Positions 13,177 to 25,888 of a stretch of DNA of 64,000 nucleotides are shown here, in pieces. Below the pieces are notes generated by a model. The model was not told the DNA's origin. It did no database searches and saw only the letters and a program-made list of their open reading frames with translations. The DNA lies in the NCBI RefSeq assembly GCF_009914755.1, contig NC_060928.1; one strand, 5' to 3'. The stretch's first letter is position 1; each line of letters opens with the position of its first letter. The position numbers were made by a program, and so were the translations under genes. Source of the DNA: the human T2T-CHM13v2.0 reference genome, Homo sapiens.

Positions 13177-13566
13177 TGCAGATATACTACTTTCTTGACT
13201 TTTGTGTTCTTAAAACACTTTTTACTTTGTTAGTTATTTCTATGAATAACATCTTCTGAGTCAGAGATGGCTTTTCTAGGTTTCCAGGATTATTTCAATA
13301 TTGCCTGTCTTTTCATGCAAATTTCAATTAAAAAAAAAAGTCAGATCTCAAACTCGCATTCTAATCTGGATGCCCCAATGTCTTTGTGCAGACCTAGCTT
13401 TGCTGGAATCATTTATTAACATTTGGTAAAACAGCTGGTTTTGAAACCATCTTCTTCCTTGTCTAGAGCTTCCCAAGTTCTTTTGATTTTCCTCTTCTCT
13501 CTCCATTCCTTCATAGACATTATCTTATTATGTCTTAAGGTAATTGGTCACTTCCTTTCCAACTAC

Positions 13567-14088
13567 TGTGAACCCTAAATATCTGAGAGAGGTCTCAGTT
13601 AAGTTAGAAAGTTTATTTTGCCAAGGTTGAGGATGTGTGCCCATGACACAGCCTCAGGAGGTCCTCATGAAATGTGCCTAAAGTGATCAGAGCACAGCTT
13701 GGTTTTACACATTTTAGGGAGAGAAGAGACATCAATCAACATATATAAGATGAACATTGGTTCCGTCCAGAAAGGCGGGACAACTTAAAGCAAAGATGGG
13801 ACAACTTGAAGTAGGGAGGAGGCTTTCAGGTCATAGATAAGATTTGTCAGATAAGAGACAAATGGTTGCATTCTTTTGAGTTTCTGATTAGACTCTCCGA
13901 AGGAGGCAACTAGATATGCATTTACCTTAGTGATAAAAGAAGGAGGCAACTAGATATGCATTTATCTTAGTGATAAAAGGGGTGACTTTGAATAGAATGG
14001 GAGGCAGATTTGTCCTGAGCAATTCCCAGCTTGACTTTTCCCTTTAACTTAGTGATTTGGGGGCCCCAAGATTTATTTTCCTTTCACA
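13567..14088 (-). mobile_element. 3' LTR (MER4A1-like)
   Basis: Minus strand TGTGAAAGGAAAATAAATCTTGGGGCCCCC...TTCACA; TG...CA termini. Confidence 0.92.
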
Positions 14089-14107
14089 GTTTCCCCCTTT
14101 ACTTTTT
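14089..14107 (-). promoter_or_regulatory. Polypurine tract
   Basis: Minus strand AAAAAGTAAAGGGGGAAAC immediately before the 3' LTR TG. Confidence 0.8.
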
Positions 14108-16215
14108 AAAAATTTTTTGGAGAAAGCATTTTAGAAGAGAATGAGTCTCTTGTCTCAGGTTTCATCTGATCTCTAATTGCTAGGACAGTTAATTCATAGA
14201 TAAGTGGGTCCTGATTTATTAGGAAAGGTCATTTTTAGCAGGTTATGAAATCTCATGTCTTATGAAGAGAAAATAGGAGGAAGAAGGGAGGGAAACAACA
14301 ACAACCAAAAGAACATTCCTGGAAAATCAATATAGGCCACATTACTCTGAAGTCCATAAATCATTAGGCTTCAGGTATGAAAGTGGCTTGTGTATGTAAA
14401 TAGGTTGCTGTTACTTTCTTCTGAAGTCTAACTTTTCTAGCTTCAGTTCACAGGGCTTTACAAAAGCACAGCCTAGCTTTCAGTGACTCCAAATTAGCAA
14501 AAATGTGAGAAAAAAGAAGAAAAATAATAAAAACATTGTTTTGAAGATTTGTAGCCAAGAAAAATTAGAATTCGGGCCAAACTGTAGAAAATAATAAAAA
14601 TTGAAAAACATTAGGGAAGACAAGACTCTAACAACAGGTGTACTATAGGTATTTGGAACATAATTTTTCTGTCTCCAGTTTCCCATTTTCCCTGAAGACA
14701 AATCATGCTAGGACTGACCTGCTTTATTATACTTGGCTTCATTATTTATATACATGTATCAAGAATAATTATTTATTTACATAGGCTTTTAAATTGACTT
14801 TGATGGAACTTGGTTTTATAGAAGGAATCTCAGGTAAGGCTTTCTTAAAGCCAAGCCTAATCATAGATTTATACTATTAAATACCTACAAGTTGGATGAG
14901 ACTTGGGGCTCCTGGGCCTGTCAGAAAGTGACATTTTTACTTACCACAGGTCAGGAACCCTTTACTGGGACTGTATAGACAAGGGATGAGTCCAGCTTTC
15001 CAAAGAGGCTTTTATTGGCACAAGTCAAGATTGATACCATAAAGGAAAGCACACCATTCCAAAGCCTTGGTAAGATAACCAGTTTTTCCAATTGTGTACT
15101 GTGGCAAATAAAAACAAATTCTATACTGTGGCAAATAACATAAGTTATTTGCACTTATGCTAATAACTGTATTGCCATAAATTAAGAATAGTCACCAATA
15201 GTTTCCAAATTCTGGAGAAATTAGGTAGACAGAAACGAATATGTTCTACATTTTGTTCATAGGAGTATACTAAATTTGTAAAAGCTGTTAATAGCTCCAA
15301 AGAAAAGTTCCCTTGACTTTGAAAAAACAAAACAAGGGATCAGCAACATTGTAAGCAGAATGTCATAAAGATTTCTTCAGTCATCTATTAGTTCAGTCAT
15401 ATAGCTAATTCCTGTTCTGCTTGATACTCATGAAAATTTGAGCTCTCCATGAGTCCTGAAAGTTGTTCTCCTATTCTGATGTCACAGCCTCCAAAGTTAT
15501 CAGAAACTTGTATTTAAGAGCACCTGTTAGAGTTTTATAGCTGATTATAAATCCTCTAAAGAGGAACAAAACAGTGATTGTCAGTGGTTGACAGTGATTG
15601 TCAGTGGGTGACAAAAAGTTTTAGGGCAGCTGTAGTCAAAGACACAACTGGCAAATAAATTTGTTACCTCTGTGGCAAACAACAATTTAATATAAGAATT
15701 GTAATTATTACTGACAATGTACACTAAGTCATATCAGAATTACAGGAGTCTCCCATAATTTTAAAACACATACCCAATAACATATTTATATAAACAGCCC
15801 AAAGACAACCAAACATCATATTATATTTGGCAATGTTTCTTATATAACTTTTATATCAAATAAGCCAAATTGTGTCATTTTTTAACTTTAGGGAACCTAG
15901 TATCTAAAAGGATTAATTAGGAAAGAAAAAGACATAATTTATAATTTCATTTGGAAAGTTTGTCAAATATCAAAAGTTAAAAACACCTGATATCACAGGT
16001 CATTATAAAACAAGTCATTCATTTGACCAAAGTGATAACTCAAGAATTAATTAAAAAGGTCAAATCCTTCATTCTTTGAGAGAGGAGACTTAATTTTCCA
16101 AAAAATAAGCACTTATAAAACAGCATGAAATTAATTAATTTTATTTTTCAAAATTTTATAATCTATAAAATATTAATTTTGACCATAAGATATAACTTCC
16201 ATAAGCCTTTTATAA

Positions 16216-16587
<372 letters not shown>

Positions 16588-18049
16588 TGACAGTGGGGTC
16601 CATATGCTGGCCTTGCATGAGTGTCCTGTTGACTTTAATGATGAATTTATAGATAAACTGAACTTCTTTTATCTTTTAAAATTGGCCCTTACAGTCTCAC
16701 ATGCCCACCTCTTCCATGATAGTCCCTGGGCCTCGAGTGGTTGCATAGCTTTAATTCCTGGCCCTGTGTCTTAGGAATGCAGTTTATTTTTATTGGGGTC
16801 TCCTACCGGGTCTGAAGATAAGGCTTTAATTGCTATCAGTGTTTAAGATTTATTAGGACTTGGCATCCTTTTTCCACCCAGGAGTTAAAGCCCTGTAACT
16901 CAAAGTCACAGGGAATTAAAAGCACATACAGAAAGATACATGAATGTAATAACCTTAATATTTTTAAAAAATTTTAATCTCAGTTTTTTTCCTAAGCAAA
17001 CTAAAACTTAATAATAATGGCATGGAAATTGTTTCAATAAACCATAAAATCCATTAGACCGGTTACCAAAGCCGAAAGAAAAGACCTTCTTCATTGCACA
17101 ATATATTAGGTTGGAAGAAAACATTTCCTTTAGACCTTTAAGAAAACATTGTTAGCATTAAGCCACAACATACAGAACTCGAGGAAAAATCTTACATGAG
17201 CTAACAATAAGTTGAAGGAGAGCATTACTATTTTGAGCTGTTTAAAAGGGGAGAGAAAACCAAAACCAGTGAGAAGCAATAAAAGTTGAACTTTGGGTTA
17301 AAAAAGTTGAAAATATCTTATAAATTATTAAAAGTAAATCAATCCCTTTAAAAAGTCATTGTTCTAACCAATTATTTAGTGTATACACATATATATTTTT
17401 TACATCAAGCCCAATCTTTAGAAAGACCATTATAATTTTCCTTTAATAATAGACAACTTGATCATATAAAAGGGTTTTTTTTTTGTTGTTTTTTTTTGTT
17501 TTTGTTTTTGTTTTTTTTTTTTGTCTAAATCCTCTTACTGTGACTTACACTGACCATTCATGATATGCTTCAACTTTCTGGTTTGTCCTGAACATCCCTC
17601 TTTCTTAAATAACCAGTCATTTTATTCTAGGACTAAATTTACCACACAAGCTTCTTCTTTTATATAAAATTATTTGTCTTTAAACTTTCTTAACAAAAAA
17701 TTAGCCCCTCTTTATTCTTATAATTTTCTTTACATATCTCTTATTTCTTGATTCCTTTTACCTTGTTTAATACATAACCTTTAAATGTGTTTTGAATTAG
17801 AACAAAATTGTTCACCTTTTTAAAAAGGACACATTTATTTTTAGAATGAATGTCTTTCTACAAATAGACTTTTATTAGAAAATACCCAAATAATGAAATA
17901 TCTTTTGTTCAACTTAATATATCTTATGATTCTAAATTATGATAAGTTTGACTACAAGTATTTATCCCATTATATTTACCCAATTCTTTTATTTTAATCA
18001 TTTACCTAGATTATTTATGAAAATTGCAGTAGTCATCATTTAAAGTTAT

Positions 18050-18320
18050 GGCAACACCATTGCAAAATTATAACTGAGACAGTTAAAAATATCTGGTCTA
18101 ACTGACTCCATGTTGCTTTTAACCTCCAAGATGTTCTTGTTCTTCCCTAGGTGTAGGCAGAACTAACTTTGGGAGGAACTTAGCTTATAGTTTAGCTTTG
18201 AAAACAATATGATAACCTTCCTTTTCCAAAACAAACCTTACTGCTTGTAGACTAGACTGCCTAAAGGGACAAGATTAAAAGTTATGGTAATTTTACAAAA
18301 TTCAAGCAGTAGCTATTCTC
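18050..18320 (+). mobile_element. LTR8-like 5' fragment embedded antisense in MER4-int
   Basis: TTGCAAAATTATAACTGAG...ACTCCAT...AACCTCCAAG...CTAACTTTGGGAGGAACTTAG aligns by eye with 23011-23270. Confidence 0.8.
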
Positions 18321-19022
18321 ATTAAACCAATATCAATGTCTTATTTATTAAAAAATTACAGAAGCAAAGATTATTCGTTTGGGGTTGGTTTATAGTTTTG
18401 TAACCCTTATGCCGAATTTTAACACCTTATAGCATTTTATAGGGATAAGTATGAAATTGCCTGATTGATAAATGCAAACAAAAATGTATTCTGGCAATTC
18501 TTAAGACATTTTTAATATTATTGTACTTTACCAATAGTTTTAAAGCTAGCTTACTTGTTAAATATTTTACTTGTTAGGTAAACTTGAAAAAGCATTTGAC
18601 TAGTCTTTTCTTTTTTCCTGATAAACTATTTGATTCTAGCACTTTTGTTTTCTTAAGCCAATTAATTAGAGCTCTTTTATATATTTTAAGTAGTGAAACA
18701 TTGTGTACACAACACATAAATAAATAGACACATTAGGCATGCAGATAAAAGTAAATCTTAAAGATTTGCTTTCCATTTTAAACTTTCAGAATTCATGATA
18801 ACCTGTTTAAATAGGTAACCTGTATCAATTCTTGATAACCCTAGGCAGTTGTCAGCTAAATAGTTTTAAGTTTGCATATTAAAAGAAATAACTCAGGTGA
18901 AAGTAAGATAGCAAAATTTACATCACAAATTATAGAGAGAAAAACTTTGGTATGCTAGAGGGAAATTAAAATGGATTTAATTGCCAATTAAACATGAAAT
19001 TATAAAGTCTTTCTAAATATAA

Positions 19023-19081
<59 letters not shown>
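19023..19081. repeat. (CA)n microsatellite
   Basis: Nearly pure CA run of about 58 bp. Confidence 0.97.
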
Positions 19082-19084
<3 letters not shown>

Positions 19085-21053
19085 AGATCCTACAGCTTTT
19101 ACTTCAGAACTTTAGCCACGAGATAAATAAAAATTTACTGACAGAAAACTTGTTGGATCCAAAATGTGGTTTTTAACTTAATAGAAAAATAACGCCAAAT
19201 TTAAAGCAGGCAGAAAAGAAAATAGAGAAAAAAAGAGAACTTACGAACTGTAGAGTTTGCAGGTTGAACTTAGGCCTCTTTTTCCGTATTGTAAATGTGC
19301 ACCAAGACCATATTACTTCCATTTTACATAAACTCTGGAAGTAGAGGTGTCATAAAACCTACAGAGTGCTTGAAAGGGGGTCATTCTCCATGTTTTCTCC
19401 TCATTCTTAGATTATTTGTTTCCCACATTTTTATTTCTTAAAGGGAGGAACTGAGCATGGCCTAGGGTTTTTGTGTGGTGGATCAGTGTTTGCTGCTTGT
19501 GGGCAGGACTCCACAGTGTGTTACCACTGAGTTGTTTCTACCCTCTTATGTGTAGAGGGTAGTTTCTCTCTCCAGCTTCTCTCTCCAGAGGTCTGTGCTC
19601 TGAGAGGGTTGGAAACACCAGGTGATCATCCCTTATATATGTTTCCTGAAGGAGCCTTTTTTAAAAAAATTAATTTTTATTGGGGATTTCCCTGCGGGGC
19701 CACTGCACATCATGGGGGGTCAACCCTCCCGAGACACTCCCATGAGTCCCCTGGTCACCCAGGGGTGCCTATTGTCTGGGAGGAGCAAAATGCTCTTTCT
19801 CTTTGGAGCTGAGAAAACTCAGTCTCTCATTTACCTATGAAAACAACAGTTCAGTTCCTCATGCAAATGCACACAGACAAGCCAAGTCAAGATTAATTTT
19901 ACAAGAAAAAGCAAATAGGGAAGACCCTTTAGAATGCATCTCATAACTAGAATTAGGATCCTTAAACAACGACTTCCTAGGAGGGGGAAAAACAGCCAAG
20001 ACCACTTTCTGTAAACTGTGCTCAGCCACCCACTACTTTATAGCTCTCATCTGCCATTACACACACCAAGGTCAAATCCTCTCACAGTACAAGGTCATCT
20101 GTGAATACCCCCAAAGCCAAAGAAGTCAGGTAATGCAATACAGGAAAATAGAGCTTTAGACCTAAAAAGAATCTGCCCAGGACACTTGAAACTCCACAAA
20201 GAAAACAGAACACCCCAAAAGGGGTGAGTGGTGCCTTTGTTTTGAATTATTTAAAGGGGTTGAAGTCATCAGAAACCTTCTCTAGACTTTTGGTACTACA
20301 GATGGCAAAAGAGGGAAGGAGGTATAAGGTGGAAGAAAAGTAAACAAAAGAACATATGTATTTTTTTTTTTCTGAGACGAGAGACAAACCCAGAAACCAA
20401 CCACATGGTTTTGGGGTTTTGTTTTGTCTTTTTTTTTTCTTCCTCTTTTGCAGCTGCAAGAAATTATAACCAAAATAGAGAAGCTTTGTTACCCATACTT
20501 TGGAATTGTCACTCAGATTTGACAAAGTCAGGTAGAATTGGTTAAATCTGATGGGAGAAAGACCAGAACAAACAACAACAAAAGAAACCAACAATATGAT
20601 TACTGAGCACTCTAATGGTAAGGAGAAATTTAGACCAGCTGGTTGTTAAAAAGTTACCCAAGACAAAACCCATTCAGCTACTTACCTAGTGATGGGTCTC
20701 AGGCTGAAAACTGCTTCCTACCATCCTAAAAGCAGAAAAAAGAACTCGAAGTCATCTTCCCTGCTGGGAGCGAGCTCAAACTCCATAAAGGAGTTACCTG
20801 CCTTTCATTGTCATGGAAACAGGAAATCTTGCCTTTCTTATTGGAAGCAAATAAAACTCCCCCCACCCCCACTCAAAAAAAGGCAAAATAAACTTTAAAT
20901 CTCAACCAAATTTTGGGAGATCAGGGATTCTCTGGAGGGGGTGCTTCCAGGCTTTAGCAAATTATCCTATTGGTTTGAGCCATAAAGTTAGCTTATGCTG
21001 GTACCAAGCACTGATAGGAGATTCGTCAAAGGTCAGGGGTACCTCCACTCAGA

Positions 21054-21071
21054 ATCCCTTCGTGGTTACCA
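21054..21071 (-). promoter_or_regulatory. Primer binding site, tRNA-Arg-like
   Basis: Minus strand TGGTAACCACGAAGGGAT, 3 nt after the 5' LTR; 15/18 match to the recalled ERV9-type Arg PBS TGGCGACCACGAAGGGAC. Confidence 0.75.
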
Positions 21072-21074
21072 AAA

Positions 21075-21510
21075 TGTGAACCCAAAAATCTGAGAGAGGT
21101 CTCAGTTAACTTAGAAAGTTTATTTTGCCAAGGTTGAGGATTGAGTACCCATGACGCAGCCTCAGGAAGTCCTGACAACGTGTGCCCAAGGTGATCAGAG
21201 CACAGCTTGGTTTTATACATTTTAGGGAGACATGAGGCATCAATCAACATATGTAAGATGAACATTGGTTTAATCTGGAAAGGTGGGGCAACTTGAAGTG
21301 GGGAAGGGGCTTCCAGGTCATAGATAATTAAGAGACAAAGGGTTGCATTTCTTTGAGTTTCTGATTAGCCTCTGCAAAGGAGGCAATCAGATATGCATTT
21401 ATCTCAGTGAGCAGAAGGGTGACTTGGAATAGAATGGAAAGCAGGTTTGCCCTGAGCAACTCCCAGCTAGGCTTTTTCCTTTAGCTTAGTGATTTGGGGG
21501 CCCCAACATT
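21075..21510 (-). mobile_element. 5' LTR (MER4A1-like) with about 20 outer bp missing
   Basis: Matches 13567-14070 but stops at GGGGGCCCCAA, lacking TATTTTCCTTTCACA. Confidence 0.9.
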
Positions 21511-21539
21511 CAATGTGATTATTATCCATTCAATGTACC

Positions 21540-22250
21540 AAAACTCTAATTTGCAATCCACCTTTGCGTAATATTTCTATCAAAGCCCTCATGCTCCATT
21601 TCACAACAAAATTTGTTGATACTATTTTTTAAATATCTCTGAAATATACATTCTCTCCTTTATCATCACTGAATCATGTTTTAGTTTAGATAATCAGTGT
21701 TTTCTTCCTCTGTTACCACAACTGCTTCCTAGGTGACTTTCTAGCATTTAGTCTGGTAATGCTACAAACCATTTTTAAAATCCTACTTGTCAGAATTGTT
21801 TCTAAAACTGTTTTCAAAGCTTCAAAGTCATTCTGGAGTTTACTAATGACTTAAAGAGAAAATGAAGCACATTGACATGACCAGTGTAACTCCCTTTTTA
21901 TTGCCTGCTCCTCTGCTCCTTACATGAATGGTTATGCTCTCATGCTCTATGCTGTTCTCTCTGGCCTAAATATGCTGATAATCTGTTCTACCTACCTAAT
22001 GCCTATTTGTCACACAAGGCTGATCTTGGATGACACTTCTTTTGTTAAATATTTCTGACTAATTTCCATAAGAGTCATTATATGTATCTATTAAAGCATG
22101 CATTATACTACATTTCAAGTAGTTATTTTGTAAATGTTTTCTATAACAAAACTATCAATTCTTTAGGGTATTAATTTTGTTGGGTCCCTAATGTCAGGCA
22201 CAGTGTCTGACACAGAGATATTCTACAATTTATTTAATAAAAAAGATAAT
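21540..22250 (+). mobile_element. L2 3' region
   Basis: Ends GTCCCTAATGTCAGGCACAGTGTCTGACACAGAG...ATTTAATAAA, typical of the L2 3' end. Confidence 0.6.
21716..22182 (+). repeat. Copy 1 of a ~470 bp dispersed direct duplication
   Basis: CCACAACTGCTTCCTAG...CTATCAATTCTTTAGGGT recurs at 24701-25173. Confidence 0.95.
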
Positions 22251-22998
22251 AATTGAGTTTATATAAGGAAGGAGTGACAACATAAGTTTTCCATAAAGTA
22301 ATTTTTGATAGACATATGATGAATGTAGGAATTAAGGAAAAATCAGAAAATGAAAATATTTGTTGAAACTAAATCTCTTCTAAGTTGCAATTCTACACAT
22401 AGCTCCTCTGCATGGGTAACTTAAATACATAAGTATGATTTGTTTTGTATCTAAAATGTAGTTTTTCTAATTTGCATATTATTATTATATAGTTCATATG
22501 TTTTAATAGTTTGTGATACAAATCTAATATTTAGTAGTCATAATGCTAATCAAATATAATCATGTCAGTAATTTAAAATTGGTGGTTAGATATTACTACT
22601 TAATAGATTTTCTTACCTGCAGTTTCCTAAAAATATGCTGATAATTTGTAGTGCTTGGAAAGAGCTCTACAGATCTTTAACAGGGAGCCAGATGGCCTTT
22701 TACCATGACCTTTGCCCAATACTATTAGCATCCAAGGGAGCTGAGAAGCTCTGGCTCATTATCCACAACCAGATGTTTTCTTCTTCTTTATCACTGTTGC
22801 TAAGTGGCAGTTAATGTCTGGCACATTGGGTATTTGCTTGAACCTATGAACCATAAAATTCTGCTCTTAAAATACAAATACCACCCACTAGCAGAAACTT
22901 CTCCCTTTGCATTTTAATCCAATCATTCTCTCTTAGAAAGCCCGCTATAGTCTTGTAGACACTTTATTTAATTATCTTCTATCTTTCTCAGCTGACAG

Positions 22999-23693
22999 TG
23001 AATTTGCCTTTGCAAAAATTATAACTGAGATTATTATTACAGCGAGAGAGATCTGACATAACCAACTCCATCTTGCTTCTAACCTCCAAGCTGTCCTTTT
23101 TTATTCCTGGGCATAGGCCTTACTAACTTCGGGAGACACTTAGTTTATAGTTTAACCTTGAAACAAAGACAATAACAGCCCTTTCCCCAAACAAACCCCC
23201 TTCTTGCCTGGGGACTAGACTGCCTTTGCAGGACTAACAAATTGGCCACAGGATTAGAAATCATGGGTTAGGAGTCATGAAGCTGGAGGCTGCAAGAGTC
23301 TGACCCTCCCCAAATAACTCCTAGGGATAATATCACTATTGTAAAATCTACGGATCAGCTGACACCACCCAAATCGATAAATTGGTTCATCTGGTCTTAT
23401 GGTCCCCGCTACCCAAGAACTGACTCAGCAAAAGGGGACAGCTTCGACTCCCTATGATTTCATCTCCTACCTGACCAATCAGAACTTTCAATTCACTGAT
23501 CCCCCACCCACCAAATTATCCTTAAAACTCCAATTCCTGAATTTTCTGGGAGACTAATTTAAGTAATAATAAAACTCCAGTCTCCTGCACAGCCACCTCT
23601 GTGTGAATTACTCTTTCTTTATTGCAGTTACACTGTCTTGATAAATTAGCTCTGTCTGGGCAGTGGACAAGGTGAACCCATTGGGCAGTTACA
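22999..23693 (+). mobile_element. LTR8-family solo LTR (ERV1)
   Basis: TGAA...GCCTTTGCAAAAATTATAAC ... CCAAT, AATAAA ... GAACCCATTGGGCAGTTACA; flanks ACAG/TCAG. Confidence 0.9.
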
Positions 23694-24107
23694 TCAGTAA
23701 GTAAGGACAGTCTCGCCTAAGAAAGAAGAACATTATACATTTGAATAATCAGAAATTACTGCTGAATATTTATTGGTTGTTTCATATAAATTATCACTTA
23801 TCATGATTTAGTAACCCTATAAACACTAAACAAACTTCTAATAACTCTATCAGTTCCCAAAGAGCCTGATACTAAGAAAAGGAGTGAGGACTATTTCAGT
23901 AACTAGAATGCTCTATGTCTGATGGGTTAAACAATCAGTTTTCTCTGAGTTTAGCTAATGAAAGTTTGTCTTTCGGAGTCTGTTCTACTCTAGGTGAACT
24001 AATATAACTGAAATTACAGATAGACTTAAATTATAGGAAACAAAATACCCTAATCTAATTAGGATGTTGAAAGTGGTGTGAATTTATCTTACTTTGTGCC
24101 AATCCAT

Positions 24108-24700
24108 TGTGGGAGATTAAAATATGTCACCTCAAAGTGTGTTTCTTTGGTATATTTTGAGATGGCTATCGGGAGGGGTTGTAGACACAGGAATAGCTCT
24201 GAGAAACTGTCCTTTTGTGGGAGAGATTTGCATGCACAAAGGAATGCATTTTCATTAGTAAATAGCCAATGTAAACAGGTTTTCTCTAAGGCTCCCTTAT
24301 TCGCATTATCTGGATTTAGAAAAGATCGTGTTAACACCCTTGTTCAGAGATTGCCACAGGATGTCACATATTCTTCTGAGAGCTATTACCTGAGAGTCTT
24401 ATTATCTGCTTAATAAGAGGACAATGTTTATTTGTAGTAAATTTCCTCTCCTTACCCTCCAATGGTTTGTCACCATCATCTTCCATGAACTCCTAGCCCC
24501 TATACTTTTCTGTATGGTACAGAAATTTCTGTCATCTCTCCCATTTACAAGTCTCATATTTTATGTGGCTTCCATATATATGTGCACATACTACACTTCT
24601 ATGCCTTTTCTCTTGTTAATCTGTCTATTGTCAGTTTGTTTTATAGACTCAAATTATTGAGCCTTCAAAGCGAGAGAAGAAAATTTCCTCTTCCTGTACA
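24108..24700 (+). mobile_element. MER34-family solo LTR (ERV1)
   Basis: TGTGGGAGATTAAAATATGTCACC...ATATTTTGAGATGGCT...TTCCTCTTCCTGTACA; flanks CCAT/CCAC. Confidence 0.75.
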
Positions 24701-25173
24701 CCACAACTGCTTCCTAGATGAGTTTCTAGTATTTAGTCTGATAATGCTACAAACCATTTTTAAAACCCTACTTGTCAGAATTGTGCTTCTAAAACTGTTT
24801 TCAAAGCTTCAAAGTCATTCTGGAGTTTATTAATGACTTAAAGAGAAAATGAAGCACAATGACATGATCAATAAGGATATAACCCCCTTTTTATTGCCTG
24901 CTCCTCCTCTCCTTACATGAATGGTTATGCTCTCATGCCCTATGCTGTTCTCTCTGGCCTAAATATGCTCATAATCTGTTCTACCTACCTAATGCCTATT
25001 TGTCACACAAGACTGATCTCGGGTGACATTTATTTTGTTAAATATTTTTGACTAATTTCCGTAAGAGTCATTATAGGTATCTATTAAAGCATGCATTAAA
25101 CTACATTTCAAATAGTATTTTGTAAATGTTTTCTACAACAAAACTATCAATTCTTTAGGGTGTTAGTTTTTTG
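24701..25173 (+). repeat. Copy 2 of the ~470 bp dispersed direct duplication
   Basis: Colinear with 21716-22182 with scattered substitutions and small indels. Confidence 0.95.
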
Positions 25174-25376
25174 ATGACTTGTGACTTTGTCCCTGCTTCT
25201 CCCCAGCTCCTCAGTAAGTTCAACGTTCTCTTCTTGCAACACTGAAAGCTGCTGGGACTTCTGAGCAGCTGCCTGCTTTAGAGTTTCTCTGTAAGGTATA
25301 AAATATTTTTGTTGTTTTTGTGAGTTATCCAGGGTTTTCTTTTAATTGTGAAGTCCTTTCACAGTATCTACTCATC

Positions 25377-25888
25377 CAGGGGTCCTCAACTCTGGGCCAT
25401 GGACCAGTCCTGTTAGGAACCGTGTTGCACAGCAGGAGGTGAGTCGGGGGCAAGTGAGCAAAGCGTCATCTGTATTTACAGCCACTTCTCATTGCTCACA
25501 TTACCACCTGAGCTCTGCCTCCTGTCAGATCAGCAAGTGGCATTAGATTCTCATGGGAGTGCAAATCCTGTTGTGAACTGCACACGCGAGGGATCTAGAT
25601 TGCACGCTCCTTCTCAGAATCTAATGCCTGATGATTTATCACGATCTCCGTAAACCCCCAGATGGGACTGTCTGATGGCAGAAAAACAAGCTAAGGGCTC
25701 CCACTGATTCTACGTTATAGTGAGTTGTATAATTATTTCATTATACATTACTATGTAATAATAATAGGAATAAAGTGCACAATAATGTAATGTGCTTGAA
25801 TCATCCCATAACCACCTTCCCTACAGTCCCTGGAAAAATTGTCTTCAACAAAACCAGTCCCTGGTGCCAAAAACGTTGGGTACTGCAG
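25377..25888 (+). mobile_element. MER1A (hAT-Charlie)
   Basis: CAGGGGTCCTCAAC...CCTCCTGTCAGATCAGC...CCAGTCCCTGGTGCCAAAAACGTTGGG; 8-bp TSD TACTCATC/CAGTCATC. Confidence 0.92.

Noticed and set aside
17475-17522. T/G-rich tract as a possible retro-insert tail
   Set aside because: No attached element or TSD; low-complexity expansion inside MER4-int
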